From: a bacterium
GTDB taxonomy: Bacteria > SZUA-182 > DTGQ01 > JAFGSM01
Direction of reading: 5' to 3'
Assembly: GCA_049472315.1 (NCBI GenBank)
Contig: JBLIRN010000001.1
Coordinates: 1-64,000 of the forward strand
Length of the DNA: 64,000 nt
Part shown: positions 19,289 through 29,500 of the stretch, piece after piece
How the letters are laid out: each line of letters starts with the position of its first letter
Position numbering within the stretch: the stretch's first letter is position 1
Translations under genes and position numbers: made by a program
The notes under the pieces: generated by a model
Told to the model about the DNA's origin: nothing
Database searches by the model: none
Seen by the model: the letters and a program-made list of their open reading frames with translations, nothing else

Positions 19289-19511
19289 ATAAGCTAATTA
19301 CAAGGATATGTGCAATAAAATACAGAGTGATAATTTAATGCATATAAGCAAGCGACAATGAAAAAGAATTCATATTTGTTCTGAATGATTCTTTGCCCGG
19401 ATGGCAGTCGGGCATTGCCGGATCAATCAGGGGCATGATGCAGGGAAGGCGCACGAGCGTTCCTGGCTTTTACAGCTTGACCATCGGCATATGATCGGTG
19501 TATAAGGAGAT

Positions 19512-19913
19512 ATGCTTTTTCGATTGATTCTTCTGTTCACCCTTACCCCGTTGCTTGAGTTTTATATCCTGATCAAGGTCGGAACCCACATTGGGGCCCT
19601 CTCAACGATCCTGATCGTGCTCATTACGGGCATTCTCGGCGGGATAGCTGCTCAGGCTCAAGGGATTTCAGTGATTCGCCGGATTTCTGCGGACCTGGAA
19701 CAGGGAATCTTCCCTGCAGAATCCCTGTGGAATGGATTGTTTGTTCTGGTTGGCGCAGTATTGCTCATTACCCCGGGGCTTATCACCGATCTGCTTGGAT
19801 TTATATGTATCCTTCCGCCTACGAGAAATCCATTGAAAAAAATGGTGAAACGGTATATTGCCCGGAAGTTGGAGCAGAAGGGGAGGATTACCATTCACTG
19901 GGGCGGCGTTTGA
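19512..19913 (+). CDS. fxsA: FxsA-family membrane protein
   Basis: PLLEFYILIKVG...GAVLLITPGLITDLLG. Confidence 0.9.
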   Translation: MLFRLILLFTLTPLLEFYILIKVGTHIGALSTILIVLITGILGGIAAQAQGISVIRRISADLEQGIFPAESLWNGLFVLVGAVLLITPGLITDLLGFICILPPTRNPLKKMVKRYIARKLEQKGRITIHWGGV

Positions 19914-19916
19914 TGC

Positions 19917-21023
19917 CTATGCATCCCTCGTTCCCTGAATGAATTCCTCGGTCATCCTGTGGGCCTCGTCATCCGAAAATTGTTTCGGGGGATGCTTCAT
20001 AAAATACGCGGAGGGGGAGTAGAGAATGCCCCCCTTTCCCCGATTGAGTGCGAGCTTGCAGCATCGTACGGCATCGATGACAATCCCTGCAGAATTCGGT
20101 GAATCCTCGACTGAGAGCCGCAATTCGAGATTCATGGGCACATCTCCGAAGAGTTTCCCTTCCATTCTGATGAAGGCGATTTTGTTGTCCTTCTGCCAGG
20201 GTACGTAGTCACTGGGACCGATGTGTATGTTTTCATGGTCCAGTCTTTTTTCTCCAAGCACCGATTGGACTGCCTCAGTCTTTGACACTCGTTTGTTCTT
20301 CAGCCTGGTTTTGTTGAGCATATTGAGAAAGTCGGTATTGCCGCCGGTGTTGATCTGGTAGGTTCTATCAAGGCTCACCCCCCTCTTTCTGAAAAGGGTG
20401 GCCAGGGTACGGTGAGCAATGGTGGCGCCGAGTTGCGATTTTATGTCGTCACCTATGATGGGCAGGTTCTTGTCGGAGAATCTCTTCGCCCACGCCGGGT
20501 CGCTCACAATGAAGACGGGCATATTATTGATAAATGCAACTTCCGCGTCAAGGGCGCACTCTGCGTAAAATCTCACCGCCTTTTCACTGCCCACCGGCAG
20601 ATAGTTCAACAGGATCTGCGCCCCTGATGACTTCAGCACCCTGACGCATTCTTCTTTGGAAGGCTCTTCCGCATCGGCAACGACAAAGCGATGGCGCTCA
20701 TCGTATTCCTTCATATGGTCGGAAACACCATCCAATACCCTTCCCATCAGGACCTTGGTCCCCGTTCGGGGAACGTCCCTGCAAAATTGGGCGGTGCAGT
20801 TGGGCGGTGCGAAGATGGCCTCTGATACATCCCTGCCCACCTTCCTCGCGTCGATATCGAACGCGGCCACCACGTCGATGTCCGATGGCATATATCCACC
20901 GATATTCCAATGCATCAGTCCCGCAACGTCATGGGCTGTTTTGTGCCGATAGTATTCGATACCCTGGATTAACGAACTTGCACAGTTACCAACCCCAATG
21001 ATGGCGATGTTGATCCTGTCCAT
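19917..21023 (-). CDS. ino1: myo-Inositol-1-phosphate synthase
   Basis: GVGNCASSL, NYLPVGS, GDDIKSQ.GAT, GGNTDFLNM, DSPNSAG. Confidence 0.95.
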   Translation of the reverse strand: MDRINIAIIGVGNCASSLIQGIEYYRHKTAHDVAGLMHWNIGGYMPSDIDVVAAFDIDARKVGRDVSEAIFAPPNCTAQFCRDVPRTGTKVLMGRVLDGVSDHMKEYDERHRFVVADAEEPSKEECVRVLKSSGAQILLNYLPVGSEKAVRFYAECALDAEVAFINNMPVFIVSDPAWAKRFSDKNLPIIGDDIKSQLGATIAHRTLATLFRKRGVSLDRTYQINTGGNTDFLNMLNKTRLKNKRVSKTEAVQSVLGEKRLDHENIHIGPSDYVPWQKDNKIAFIRMEGKLFGDVPMNLELRLSVEDSPNSAGIVIDAVRCCKLALNRGKGGILYSPSAYFMKHPPKQFSDDEAHRMTEEFIQGTRDA

Positions 21024-21179
21024 GAGAGAGTCCCTTTAGGTGTTGACCTTGAAATGGAGGTCTGCTTGAACTTCCTCACGCGCGGGAATGATACCCAAGA
21101 ATCGGTAATCACGTGTCAGTAAGAATGTCTGAGGGTTACCATATTGAGAGCAATTGGTATCAGACCTTGAAATAACAAA

Positions 21180-21209
21180 AGTATATCCAAACGGTAGATT
21201 CATTGTCAA
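21180..21209 (-). promoter_or_regulatory. Sigma-70-type promoter for ino1
   Basis: TTGACA-N18-TATACT. Confidence 0.6.
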
Positions 21210-21476
21210 GAATAAGCGCCCGCCTGCGGCACATCCTGCCGTGGCACATTCCATCAATGCAAATTCAGACGATGCATCGTGGTAAGCAGGCACGTGTGCC
21301 CACCTCCCGAAACAATGATTGAACATGGAAATCCCCGGGATACGCCCTTGGTGACCCGCCCGGGGCATTGTCGAACCATTTCATCCAAAAAGCCGATAGA
21401 AATATGGGAACCCGGGACTGGCACGTGTCCTGGCAACTATTAATAATCTCGCGCTTACAAAAGAAAGGGGGCTGTA

Positions 21477-21848
21477 ATGCATTTCTCAAAACAAAGAACC
21501 CTGGCGGTAATGCTGGCGATTGTCGTTCTCATGACCCTTTTCTATTGTGCATCGCTTCGTCATAGCAGTGAACTTCGGGCAGAGGAGACAACCCTTTCGG
21601 AGTCCGCGCAGGCAGGTCAGGCGATTTTTGAAGAGGTCAATTGCCTGATGTGTCATCTCCTGAATGGAGAAGGCGGAGGACTTGATGATGCACCCGATCT
21701 GGCCGGGGTTTCCCAGCGATTGGATCCGGAAAAAATGAAGGCCTGGCTCAAGGATCATCTCTACGAAGAACCTCGGCTTTCCATGTTCGAAGAGGATCCC
21801 ACGGACCAGGATATCGCCAATCTGACCGACTATCTGCAAACACTGTGA
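21477..21848 (+). CDS. Monoheme c-type cytochrome
   Basis: N-terminal signal/TM, CLMCH heme motif, APDL, distal Met (PRLSM). Confidence 0.85.
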   Translation: MHFSKQRTLAVMLAIVVLMTLFYCASLRHSSELRAEETTLSESAQAGQAIFEEVNCLMCHLLNGEGGGLDDAPDLAGVSQRLDPEKMKAWLKDHLYEEPRLSMFEEDPTDQDIANLTDYLQTL

Positions 21849-21865
21849 CCTTGTGTCGTCCACAG

Positions 21866-21901
21866 GCGAGGACGTGCCCTGTTAACAGGGCACGTCCTCG
21901 C
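21866..21901. terminator. Perfect 36-bp palindrome between convergent genes
   Basis: GCGAGGACGTGCCCTGTT|AACAGGGCACGTCCTCGC. Confidence 0.7.
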
Positions 21902-22797
21902 TAAATCCGTTCCACGATAATGATCCGTATATAGAACACCCCACCCTCCTCCTCCGAACGATTCACCTTAAAAATTTGGCCGTCGCGGGCGGAGTGGGGG
22001 ACCCTGATGGTATATGGCCCATCCCTTGTCATGATCTCCTTGATGATCTCTTCACGTATCTCTTTATGAGTGACCAGGAGGGTCACTATTTCCTTGCCCC
22101 GTTCCCTCCAGGATCGTTGGGCGTGGTTGAACACGGACTGGTACACCAGTGTCAGATTGAATTGGAGCGCAATCATTGTAGCCACCAACAGGGTGACTGC
22201 CAGCAGGGTGACGATCCGGTTGAATATGGGTACCGTATGTTTTTTGATGACCCGGGTGCGGGCGATTTTGTCGTGCCATCCCTGGTTGCGCGGGTCCAAT
22301 GCGATGAACAAAAAGCCGATGCCCAGGGCGAATGTTGAGACGAAATATCCCAGTGTCCTGAGAAAGGCGTCTGAATAACCGAACCAACGGGAAGGGTTCA
22401 TCGGCGAAACGGCAAGCCCGAAAAAACGCTTACCCGGGGTTGTCCTGAACCTGCCCAGGAAGAGGGCGTGGTACATGATGAACAGGATGGTGAAAAAGAG
22501 GCACGCCTTATCCCGGTTGGGAAAGAGCGCCTTTCCGATAAAGGTCGAATAGGTAAGGCTTCCAATGATAATGGCGATTGAGAGAATGACCAGTGCATCC
22601 AGCCAGAATGCGAGCATCCTGATCCAGAATCCGGCACTGGCCGGTTGTGTATCCGGATGAGAGTCTCCCCTGTCCGGAGAGGGGGAAAAAGAGGGGGAAT
22701 CCATCTGCTGACCATCGGATACCCTGGTTCCGCAGGAGGGACAGAAATTGATATCCTTGCCGTCAAGGCTCCTGCTGCACCGTGGACAGACAATCAT
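21901..22797 (-). CDS. RDD-family membrane protein with N-terminal zinc ribbon
   Basis: CPRC...FCPSCG; AGFWIRMLAFWLD; TPGK; QGWHDKIARTRV. Confidence 0.85.
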   Translation of the reverse strand: MIVCPRCSRSLDGKDINFCPSCGTRVSDGQQMDSPSFSPSPDRGDSHPDTQPASAGFWIRMLAFWLDALVILSIAIIIGSLTYSTFIGKALFPNRDKACLFFTILFIMYHALFLGRFRTTPGKRFFGLAVSPMNPSRWFGYSDAFLRTLGYFVSTFALGIGFLFIALDPRNQGWHDKIARTRVIKKHTVPIFNRIVTLLAVTLLVATMIALQFNLTLVYQSVFNHAQRSWRERGKEIVTLLVTHKEIREEIIKEIMTRDGPYTIRVPHSARDGQIFKVNRSEEEGGVFYIRIIIVERI

Positions 22798-23124
22798 ACC
22801 GTGTGGAGGGGGATCTCTATGTATCTGAGAGGACATATGCCCGCACTTTATCAACTGTGGGGGAACACCCACAGCGGTTTGGAAATTCACATAAATTCGT
22901 TGATTTGTAAAACAAAGTGTACCACATCTGACGACATTTTGAAAGATGTCCCCCTGAATCGGATAGGATGAAGCGCAGGGCAGGGAATGTTTCCGACTCT
23001 TCAGCAGGCAGCCTCCAATTTACGTTGTGGGAAGGGAAGGGGACGGATGTGCATTGACGCAGCATGGAAACCATGTTATTAATAATAGTCGAAGAATTTT
23101 TGAAATATCCGCGTAAGTGCATAT

Positions 23125-23196
23125 GGGGGACTAGCTCAGCGGGAGAGCGCTGCCTTCGCAAGGCAGAAGTCACGGGTTCAAATCCCGTGTCCTCCA
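23125..23196 (+). tRNA. tRNA-Ala(CGC), CCA not encoded
   Basis: GGGGGAC/GTCCTCC acceptor stem with G3:U70, anticodon CGC, GGTTCAAATCC. Confidence 0.93.
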
Positions 23197-23201
23197 TCCT
23201 T

Positions 23202-23300
23202 ATTAACAATATGAACGGCCTCAGGCCACAAACGGGCTCGGACCCTTGACCTGATTATTAAAATTAACAATATGAACGGCCTCAGGCCACAAACGGGCTC
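23202..23300 (+). repeat. 38-bp exact direct repeat (61-bp period) directly 3' of tRNA-Ala, with further degenerate copies to ~23440
   Basis: ATTAACAATATGAACGGCCTCAGGCCACAAACGGGCTC at 23202 and 23263. Confidence 0.92.
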
Positions 23301-23485
23301 AGCACGTTAGCCGGATCAAAATTATATATAGCCTACGGCCACACACAGCCCCGGCTTTTTAAGCGATCCGCGGGTGCAAACAGATCAGGGATCTTAATTA
23401 CATAAAAACAATTTAGAAGGTCTGCGGTTACAAAAAAGGGCTTGGCGTACGTGGTGCTTTTTGATTGAAATGATGAACCGCGTAC

Positions 23486-23514
23486 TTGATTTTTTTCAGG
23501 TTTTTCTATATGCT
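23486..23514 (+). promoter_or_regulatory. Possible sigma-70 promoter of the CBM48 gene
   Basis: TTGATT-N17-TATGCT. Confidence 0.45.
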
Positions 23515-23592
23515 CTGAACGTTTGAGGGTGTATCGTTCACCGGTCTGTTTTCGTTAATTGTATTACGCTAACCTTTTAAAAGGGGGGTACG

Positions 23593-24003
23593 ATGGCTAC
23601 CAAACCTAAAACCACCACCAAGGCTGCAAAAAGCCAGAGCATGTCGATGAACAAAACAGCGGGCAACGCTACTCCCAAATCAGGAAGTTATTCCACAGCA
23701 AAGCCGGTTCAAAAATCATCGACAAAACCCGCTGACAAGCCATTGACCAGATCGATCCAGTTTTCCTATTATGCCCCGGAGGCCCATCAGGTGTCCCTTG
23801 CAGGCGATTTTAATAATTGGAAGACCGATTCGACCCGTTTGATGAAAACCAATAATGGAGAATGGACAACCTCCCTTAGTCTCAAACCAGGCGTATACGA
23901 CTATAGATTTTTTGTGGATGGCGAATGGCGCGATGACCCCAAGAGCGCTCAGAGGGTCCCCAATACGTTCGGGACCCAGAATGCAAGGATCATCGTAAAA
24001 TAG
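23593..24003 (+). CDS. Glycogen-binding (CBM48/AMPK1-like) domain protein with Lys/Ser/Thr-rich N-terminus
   Basis: APEAHQVSLAGDFNNW...W...L.PG.YDYRFFVDGEWRDDP...NTFG. Confidence 0.88.
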   Translation: MATKPKTTTKAAKSQSMSMNKTAGNATPKSGSYSTAKPVQKSSTKPADKPLTRSIQFSYYAPEAHQVSLAGDFNNWKTDSTRLMKTNNGEWTTSLSLKPGVYDYRFFVDGEWRDDPKSAQRVPNTFGTQNARIIVK

Positions 24004-24069
24004 GACCAGGGGAACGACCCCCCTTTGACCATCGATTCCATAAGGTCTTTTTACGAGGCGATAACAATG

Positions 24070-24119
24070 GCCGCCACATAAGGATAGCGTTTGCTTGAAA
24101 GATTTGTGGCGGCTTTTTT
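24070..24119 (+). terminator. Intrinsic terminator-like stem plus T-run
   Basis: GCCGCCACA...TGTGGCGGC followed by TTTTTT (large loop). Confidence 0.55.
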
Positions 24120-24216
24120 ATGACCTTGGTGGCGAGGTTCTGTATACCTTTTTTTGATTCGCACCTTTGATTTGTTACCCTTGAGGCTAAGGAAAACCTT
24201 CGGGATTGCTCAGCGG

Positions 24217-24732
24217 TTACAGATCATAGAGCCCGGGATCTCTGGTGGGGCCGCAGCCATACCCCGAATCGTCACCATATTCTCCTTCACCGAACAGGTC
24301 TCCCATCTCCTCCTCTATCTTTTCGGGGTCTTCACCCGCCTCGAGTCTCTTGACCGCCTCGTGTAATTCCTCGGGCATGGGTTCGCCGGTCATCTCCGAC
24401 ATCCTTCGCATGAGCCTGCCCAATTGGCGGGGGTTTGGATTCTCCTCGTCCATCCCTGCCATCTCCCTTTCCAGCACCTTCATGGCCTTCTCCATTTTTG
24501 CATCCTCTTCGGGATCGTGCGAACGCGGTACATCGCCTTCCGCATCTGAAGCGGAATCCGCCACGTTGTGTCTTCCTTTCTTGGTACGCAGCGGAGACAC
24601 CAGGGAGATCTGCCTGATCATATGGTCGGATTTACACCGCGGGCAGTGAGGGATGCGTGTCTCCTTCAACGACTTGGAGAAAAAACTGAAGATACGATTG
24701 CACTCAGGGCAAAGAAATTCATATATTGGCAT
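24217..24732 (-). CDS. FmdB-family zinc-ribbon protein with acidic C-terminal region
   Basis: MPIYEFLCPEC...CPRC; RLEAGEDPEKIE. Confidence 0.82.
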   Translation of the reverse strand: MPIYEFLCPECNRIFSFFSKSLKETRIPHCPRCKSDHMIRQISLVSPLRTKKGRHNVADSASDAEGDVPRSHDPEEDAKMEKAMKVLEREMAGMDEENPNPRQLGRLMRRMSEMTGEPMPEELHEAVKRLEAGEDPEKIEEEMGDLFGEGEYGDDSGYGCGPTRDPGLYDL

Positions 24733-24920
24733 GGAACCCTCACATTTTACATTGAATGTCGCATGCCCTATCTGCCACTGCATCCTTGATCCGCTCGGCA
24801 GACAAGGGATTAATTATAGAACAAAATGATTTCTATATTTTTTATTTAGCATATTTTTGAACCCTCGTCAATACAAAACCCTTTCTTGCAAAAGGATGAG
24901 GCCGGATATACAATCAACCC

Positions 24921-26507
24921 ATGTTCACTCTCTACTGTGTGAAGGTGCGGTTGTTCCCCCGTTTGTCTGAACCGTGGCGGGGATTTCGGACAATTACGGC
25001 CATAGGCGCCTGCGTGCTTCTCCTTGGGATGGTGTGCCCGCGCCCGCTTTCCCCTCAAATCACCCCCGAGGACAGCCTGTACACCCTGGCACTCGGTGCG
25101 TACCGGAATGGGTTTCTGGATCTCGCCATCGATCAGTTCAGGAAATTCATCGACCTGTATCCTGAAAGCCGGAAGGTCCCCTATGCATGGTTCAGGTTGG
25201 GCGAGGCGTATCGGGCACAGAAGAGGCATGCCCTGGCGGAAGAGGCCTATCAGAAGATCCTCCAGGCATACCCGGGGCATCAGGTGTCGTCGCTGGCCCG
25301 GTTTCGCTGCGCCGGTGTGCGTTTTGTCCGGGGTGAATTTGCCGCCGCACTTTCCGATTACCAGCGGTTCCTCATGGAGGACCCCGACGCTGATCATGCA
25401 CTGGATGCGCGTTTCTGGATTGCCGAGTCCCTCTATCAAATGAAGCGCTACCCTGAGGCATTGGCGGCATACCGGACCTATGTCAAGGAGGCACCGGAAC
25501 ACGAGTTCATCCCGCAGGCCCTGTACGGAATTGCTTGGTGCCTTATGGAACTCGGACGCTATGCGGAGGCAGCCGGGCAGTTTCAAGGGCTCCTGGATCG
25601 AGGTCCTCCCCCGGCCCTTCTCCCCCAGATTCATCAACAATTGGGGGATGCCCTGTTTGAACAGGGAGACTACACGGCTGCGCTCGAGCACTATTCCGCG
25701 TACGTGAAACTGAATCCCGATTCCCGTGATCAGGTGGTCGTCAAGCAGGGGGTTGCCCTGTCCCGGCTGGACCGTGACGATGAGGCAATCGAGCGTTTCA
25801 GGTACTTCCTTGCAGTCGCCTCGGCCGACGATCCCCGGATCCCCGAGGTTTCCCTGCACCTGGGTCATCTCTTGTGCGAGCATCAGCGGTATGAGGAGGG
25901 GGTAAAGCGTCTTGCGCTGCTCAGGAAGCGGTACCCGCAGCATCCTGTCATACCCGAGGCAACGTATCAGTTGGGGCTGTGTTACCTGCACCTCAACAAG
26001 ACCGATATGGCCCGGCAGTGCCTGGAAGAGAGTATGCAGCATGCCGTCGAGGAAGGGCTGGCTGCGCGGTCCGCCCTCCATCTGGGGAATATCCACTATC
26101 GGGAAGGGAGAATGGAGCAGGCGGCCCTTGTCTATGCGAAGGCGGAACAGGCACGTGAGCCGTCGATTGCTGCGGAGGCCGGGTATCGACGCGCCGAAGC
26201 CCTTCTTTTGATCGGTGATCATGAAAAGGGCGTCATGATACTGCGGTCGATGATGGACAAGGGTGCCGTAGAGCAGCCGTGGATGCAAATGGCCGGGTTC
26301 CGGCTTGGAAACCTCTATGAGCAGAAGGGGGACAGGGAGATGGCGCTTGGCTTATATACCCGGGTAGCGGCGATGAAGGATGGGACACAGGCGCTTACGC
26401 AATCCGCACAGGAACGGATAGATGTCCTCACGAGGGGTGCCGGCAGCGTTCAAGGACACAGGAATTCCTCAACAGGCGGGGGAGAGCAGAATGCGCCATT
26501 GCCGTAA
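24921..26507 (+). CDS. Exported TPR protein (CpoB/BamD-like repeats)
   Basis: Repeated A...Y/F...YP......A.F.LG/AE units; hydrophobic N-terminal segment; start uncertain. Confidence 0.85.
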   Translation: MFTLYCVKVRLFPRLSEPWRGFRTITAIGACVLLLGMVCPRPLSPQITPEDSLYTLALGAYRNGFLDLAIDQFRKFIDLYPESRKVPYAWFRLGEAYRAQKRHALAEEAYQKILQAYPGHQVSSLARFRCAGVRFVRGEFAAALSDYQRFLMEDPDADHALDARFWIAESLYQMKRYPEALAAYRTYVKEAPEHEFIPQALYGIAWCLMELGRYAEAAGQFQGLLDRGPPPALLPQIHQQLGDALFEQGDYTAALEHYSAYVKLNPDSRDQVVVKQGVALSRLDRDDEAIERFRYFLAVASADDPRIPEVSLHLGHLLCEHQRYEEGVKRLALLRKRYPQHPVIPEATYQLGLCYLHLNKTDMARQCLEESMQHAVEEGLAARSALHLGNIHYREGRMEQAALVYAKAEQAREPSIAAEAGYRRAEALLLIGDHEKGVMILRSMMDKGAVEQPWMQMAGFRLGNLYEQKGDREMALGLYTRVAAMKDGTQALTQSAQERIDVLTRGAGSVQGHRNSSTGGGEQNAPLP

Positions 26508-29500
26508 ATGGTGTCGCATCCTGGCATGTGCCTTCACCTGCATGGGTATGGCGGCGGTCATGCTTGCCGGTGCCCGGACCGTAACCTGTGCCGAGGATAT
26601 TCTCCAACTGCCGGAGGTTATCGTGCTCGGTCGCTCCGTGCTCAAATTAAAGGAGGAACGAAAGGAAATCCTCCCCCCGGAGAAGGTCACCGGGATAAAG
26701 GATATCCCCGATGAGAAGGCGAGGCACGAGGAGACGCTCGCACCGGCGGCTGACAAGAAGGCGGTTGCCCCCGATACCCCTTCGTCCTGTTGTATATTCG
26801 GCTCACCCATAGAAAAATTATTTTCCCATACCATCCTGGGAGACAAGGGGTACTACGACCTGGGGCGGTTCAAATATCAACAGGGTGCCTACAAGGAGGC
26901 ATTTCATCTCTTCCTGGAGTTGGGCACCCGGTATCCGGAATCCCCCTATCTCGGCAAGGCATACTATTGGGCGGCGGAGGCGGCCTTTCAGACCGGCGAC
27001 TGGGATGTGGCCTCGTTCTATTACCGGTATATCACCGAGCACAAGCCGCGGTCGGAGTTTGCCGATTATGCGTTCTATTCCCTCGGGTGGATCATGGATC
27101 GGCAGGGGGACCATGAAGAGGCGGTCCGGCTTTTCAGGGCGCTTTTGTTTGGTTATTACCAGAGCCCTGTTCGTGAAAAGGCGCAATTTCTGCTCGCAAA
27201 CGTCCTCTATGCGATGGGATCATACAAGGATGCGGCACAGGAGTACGATCTGTTTATTCACACGTACGCGCCAAGTCCCCTCATCTCGGAGGCCTCGTTC
27301 TGGAAGGCGGAGTCCCTTTTTCAGGCAGGGGATATCGAGGGCGCCCGGGCTGCATATCAATGGTTTCTCACGACATTTCCGGAACATCCGCGGATCCCCA
27401 TGGCCCTATACGGACTCTCATGGTCCCTGTATGCCCAGCAAAGGTATCAGGAGGCGCACGACCTCCTGCCCGATTTTGAGGACCGCTTCAAGGACAGTGC
27501 ACTCCTTCCCGACATCCTTTATTTGCGGGGCATCATCCTTTTTTCGCTTCAGGATTTCACCGAAGCTGCGGCCTTATTCGGGGAAACCGCGGACCGGTTC
27601 CCGGAACATCACCTCGCAGAAAGGGCCTTGTTCAGGCAGGGGTGGTGCCTCTTTCGCCTTTCGGAGCATGAACGGGCCATTACCGTCTGGCTCCGCATGA
27701 CACAACAGTTTCCCAGAGGGGAGATGAGACCGATCGGGGTGCTCATGATCGCAGAGTCCCTTTACAATATGGGGCGATTTGCCGATGCCGTCCCCTACTA
27801 TCGTGAGGCCGCTGAATACCTCGACATCCCCGATCTGTCCCAGTTGGCGCTCTTCAGGCTCGGTCAGACCTACTATCGGCAGGAGGAGTATTCCCTTGCC
27901 ATAAAGGCGTTTTCGGCCTATATGGAATTTTTTAAGGATTCCGCGATGCGGGATCAGGTGTTCTACTGGCGCGGGAATACCTATTTTGAGCGGGGGGAAT
28001 ACGAGAAGGCGGCGGGCGATTATCGGATGGTGCTCGATATGCCCCAGGCGGATGTCAAGGAGCAGGCCAGGTTCGGGCTTGCCTGGGTCTTTTACAGCCA
28101 GGAGGAGTGGCCCCGGGCGGAGGGCGAATTCAAGCGGTTTATCAAGGAGTATCCGCACGGGGAGAAGAGACCCGAGGCGCTCTTTCGTTTGTCCGAATGT
28201 CAATATAACCAAGGGGCGTTCAAGGAATCGCAAAAGACACTGGAGCGTATCATCCGGGAGTATCCCTCCTATCCGGCCATGGACAAGGTTTACTACCGCA
28301 TGGTGCTGGTGATGGCGCGTCTCGAGGATCAACGCAATGCAATCGCCTTCGTGAACCGGCTCACCGCCGAATATCCGGAAAGCCCGCTCGGTGCGGAGGC
28401 ACGGTATAGGGCAGGGTGGATCTATTTCATGATGGGCAGGTACAGGGATGCCCTTAACGAGTTCCGGGGCATCATCGAACATCACCCGGATACCCCGTTT
28501 GTCCCCATGGCCATGGTAAAGATGGGGGACAGCCTGTACAATCTGGGTGACTACCAGGAGGCCATCCGTACGTATCGGGATGTCATCGATGCCTTCCCGC
28601 GCTCCGATTCGGTAAAGGAGGCAAAGTACGGGATCATCCTCTGCCTTGACCAACTCGGGGATGTGGAGGGGTATATCAGGAATGCGGAGGAATTTTGGGA
28701 CCGGTACCGGCAGGACCCCCTTTCAGAAACCATCCTCTTTCGACTGGCCACGACCTACGAGGCGCGCAAGGAATGGCCGCAAACGCTCAAGGTGTACCAG
28801 CGGCTGATAAACCACTTCCCCAAGGGGAAATGGTCGGCCCTTTCCCTGCAAAAGATGGCGCAGATCTACCAGGAGACCGGCGATGTCCGTATGGCCACCG
28901 GCACGCTCAAGACAATCCTGTTCAGATATCCGGATGCGGAGATCGCATCCGATGCCTACCTTTCCCTGGGGAGGCTGTACGCATCGGAAGGGGATCATGA
29001 CAAGGCATTGGAAAGCCTCGATCAGGTCATCGCCAAGCCCCACGGCGAAGGGAAGGCGGCGGAGGCCTATCTGGCCAAGGGCGATATCCTGCACGCCATG
29101 GGCGAAACGAAGAAGGCCCGGGATATGTACCAGACGATTCTGGATGAATTCCCCGAAAGTCATGTCGTCGCCAGGGCCCACTATGCGCTCGGCAGGATCA
29201 CCACAGAGTTGGGAGAGTATGAGCTGAGCAAGGAGCACTTCACCAAGGCGGTAAACGCCAAGGACAGCACCCTCCGGCTTCGCTCCATCTATGACCTGGC
29301 GGAGACCTACGTCCTGCTCAAGGACTATGACAATGCAGTCCTGGAGCTTATGAAGATTGTCTATCTCTATTCGGAGAACGGGGAATGGCAGGCAAAGGCG
29401 TACTATCGTATCGGTCAGATCTATGAGATGCAGGGAAAACGTCAGGAGGCCCTCAATGCCTACAATCAAGTGATTGCGATCGACGCGCAGGGGGGTACCT

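Noticed and set aside
19477..19506. Sigma-70 promoter for fxsA (TTGACC-N18-TATAAG)
   Set aside because: The -10 overlaps the RBS and would put the start site at the ATG; ambiguous.
21420..21436. Sigma-54 promoter upstream of the cytochrome c gene (TGGCACGTGTCCTGGC)
   Set aside because: GG to GC spacing is one base too long, which sigma-54 does not usually tolerate.
23125..23450. Prophage or island integrated at tRNA-Ala
   Set aside because: No integrase, and the repeats do not duplicate the tRNA 3' end.
24846..26288. 480-aa antisense ORF over the TPR gene
   Set aside because: Shadow ORF with no recognisable motif.
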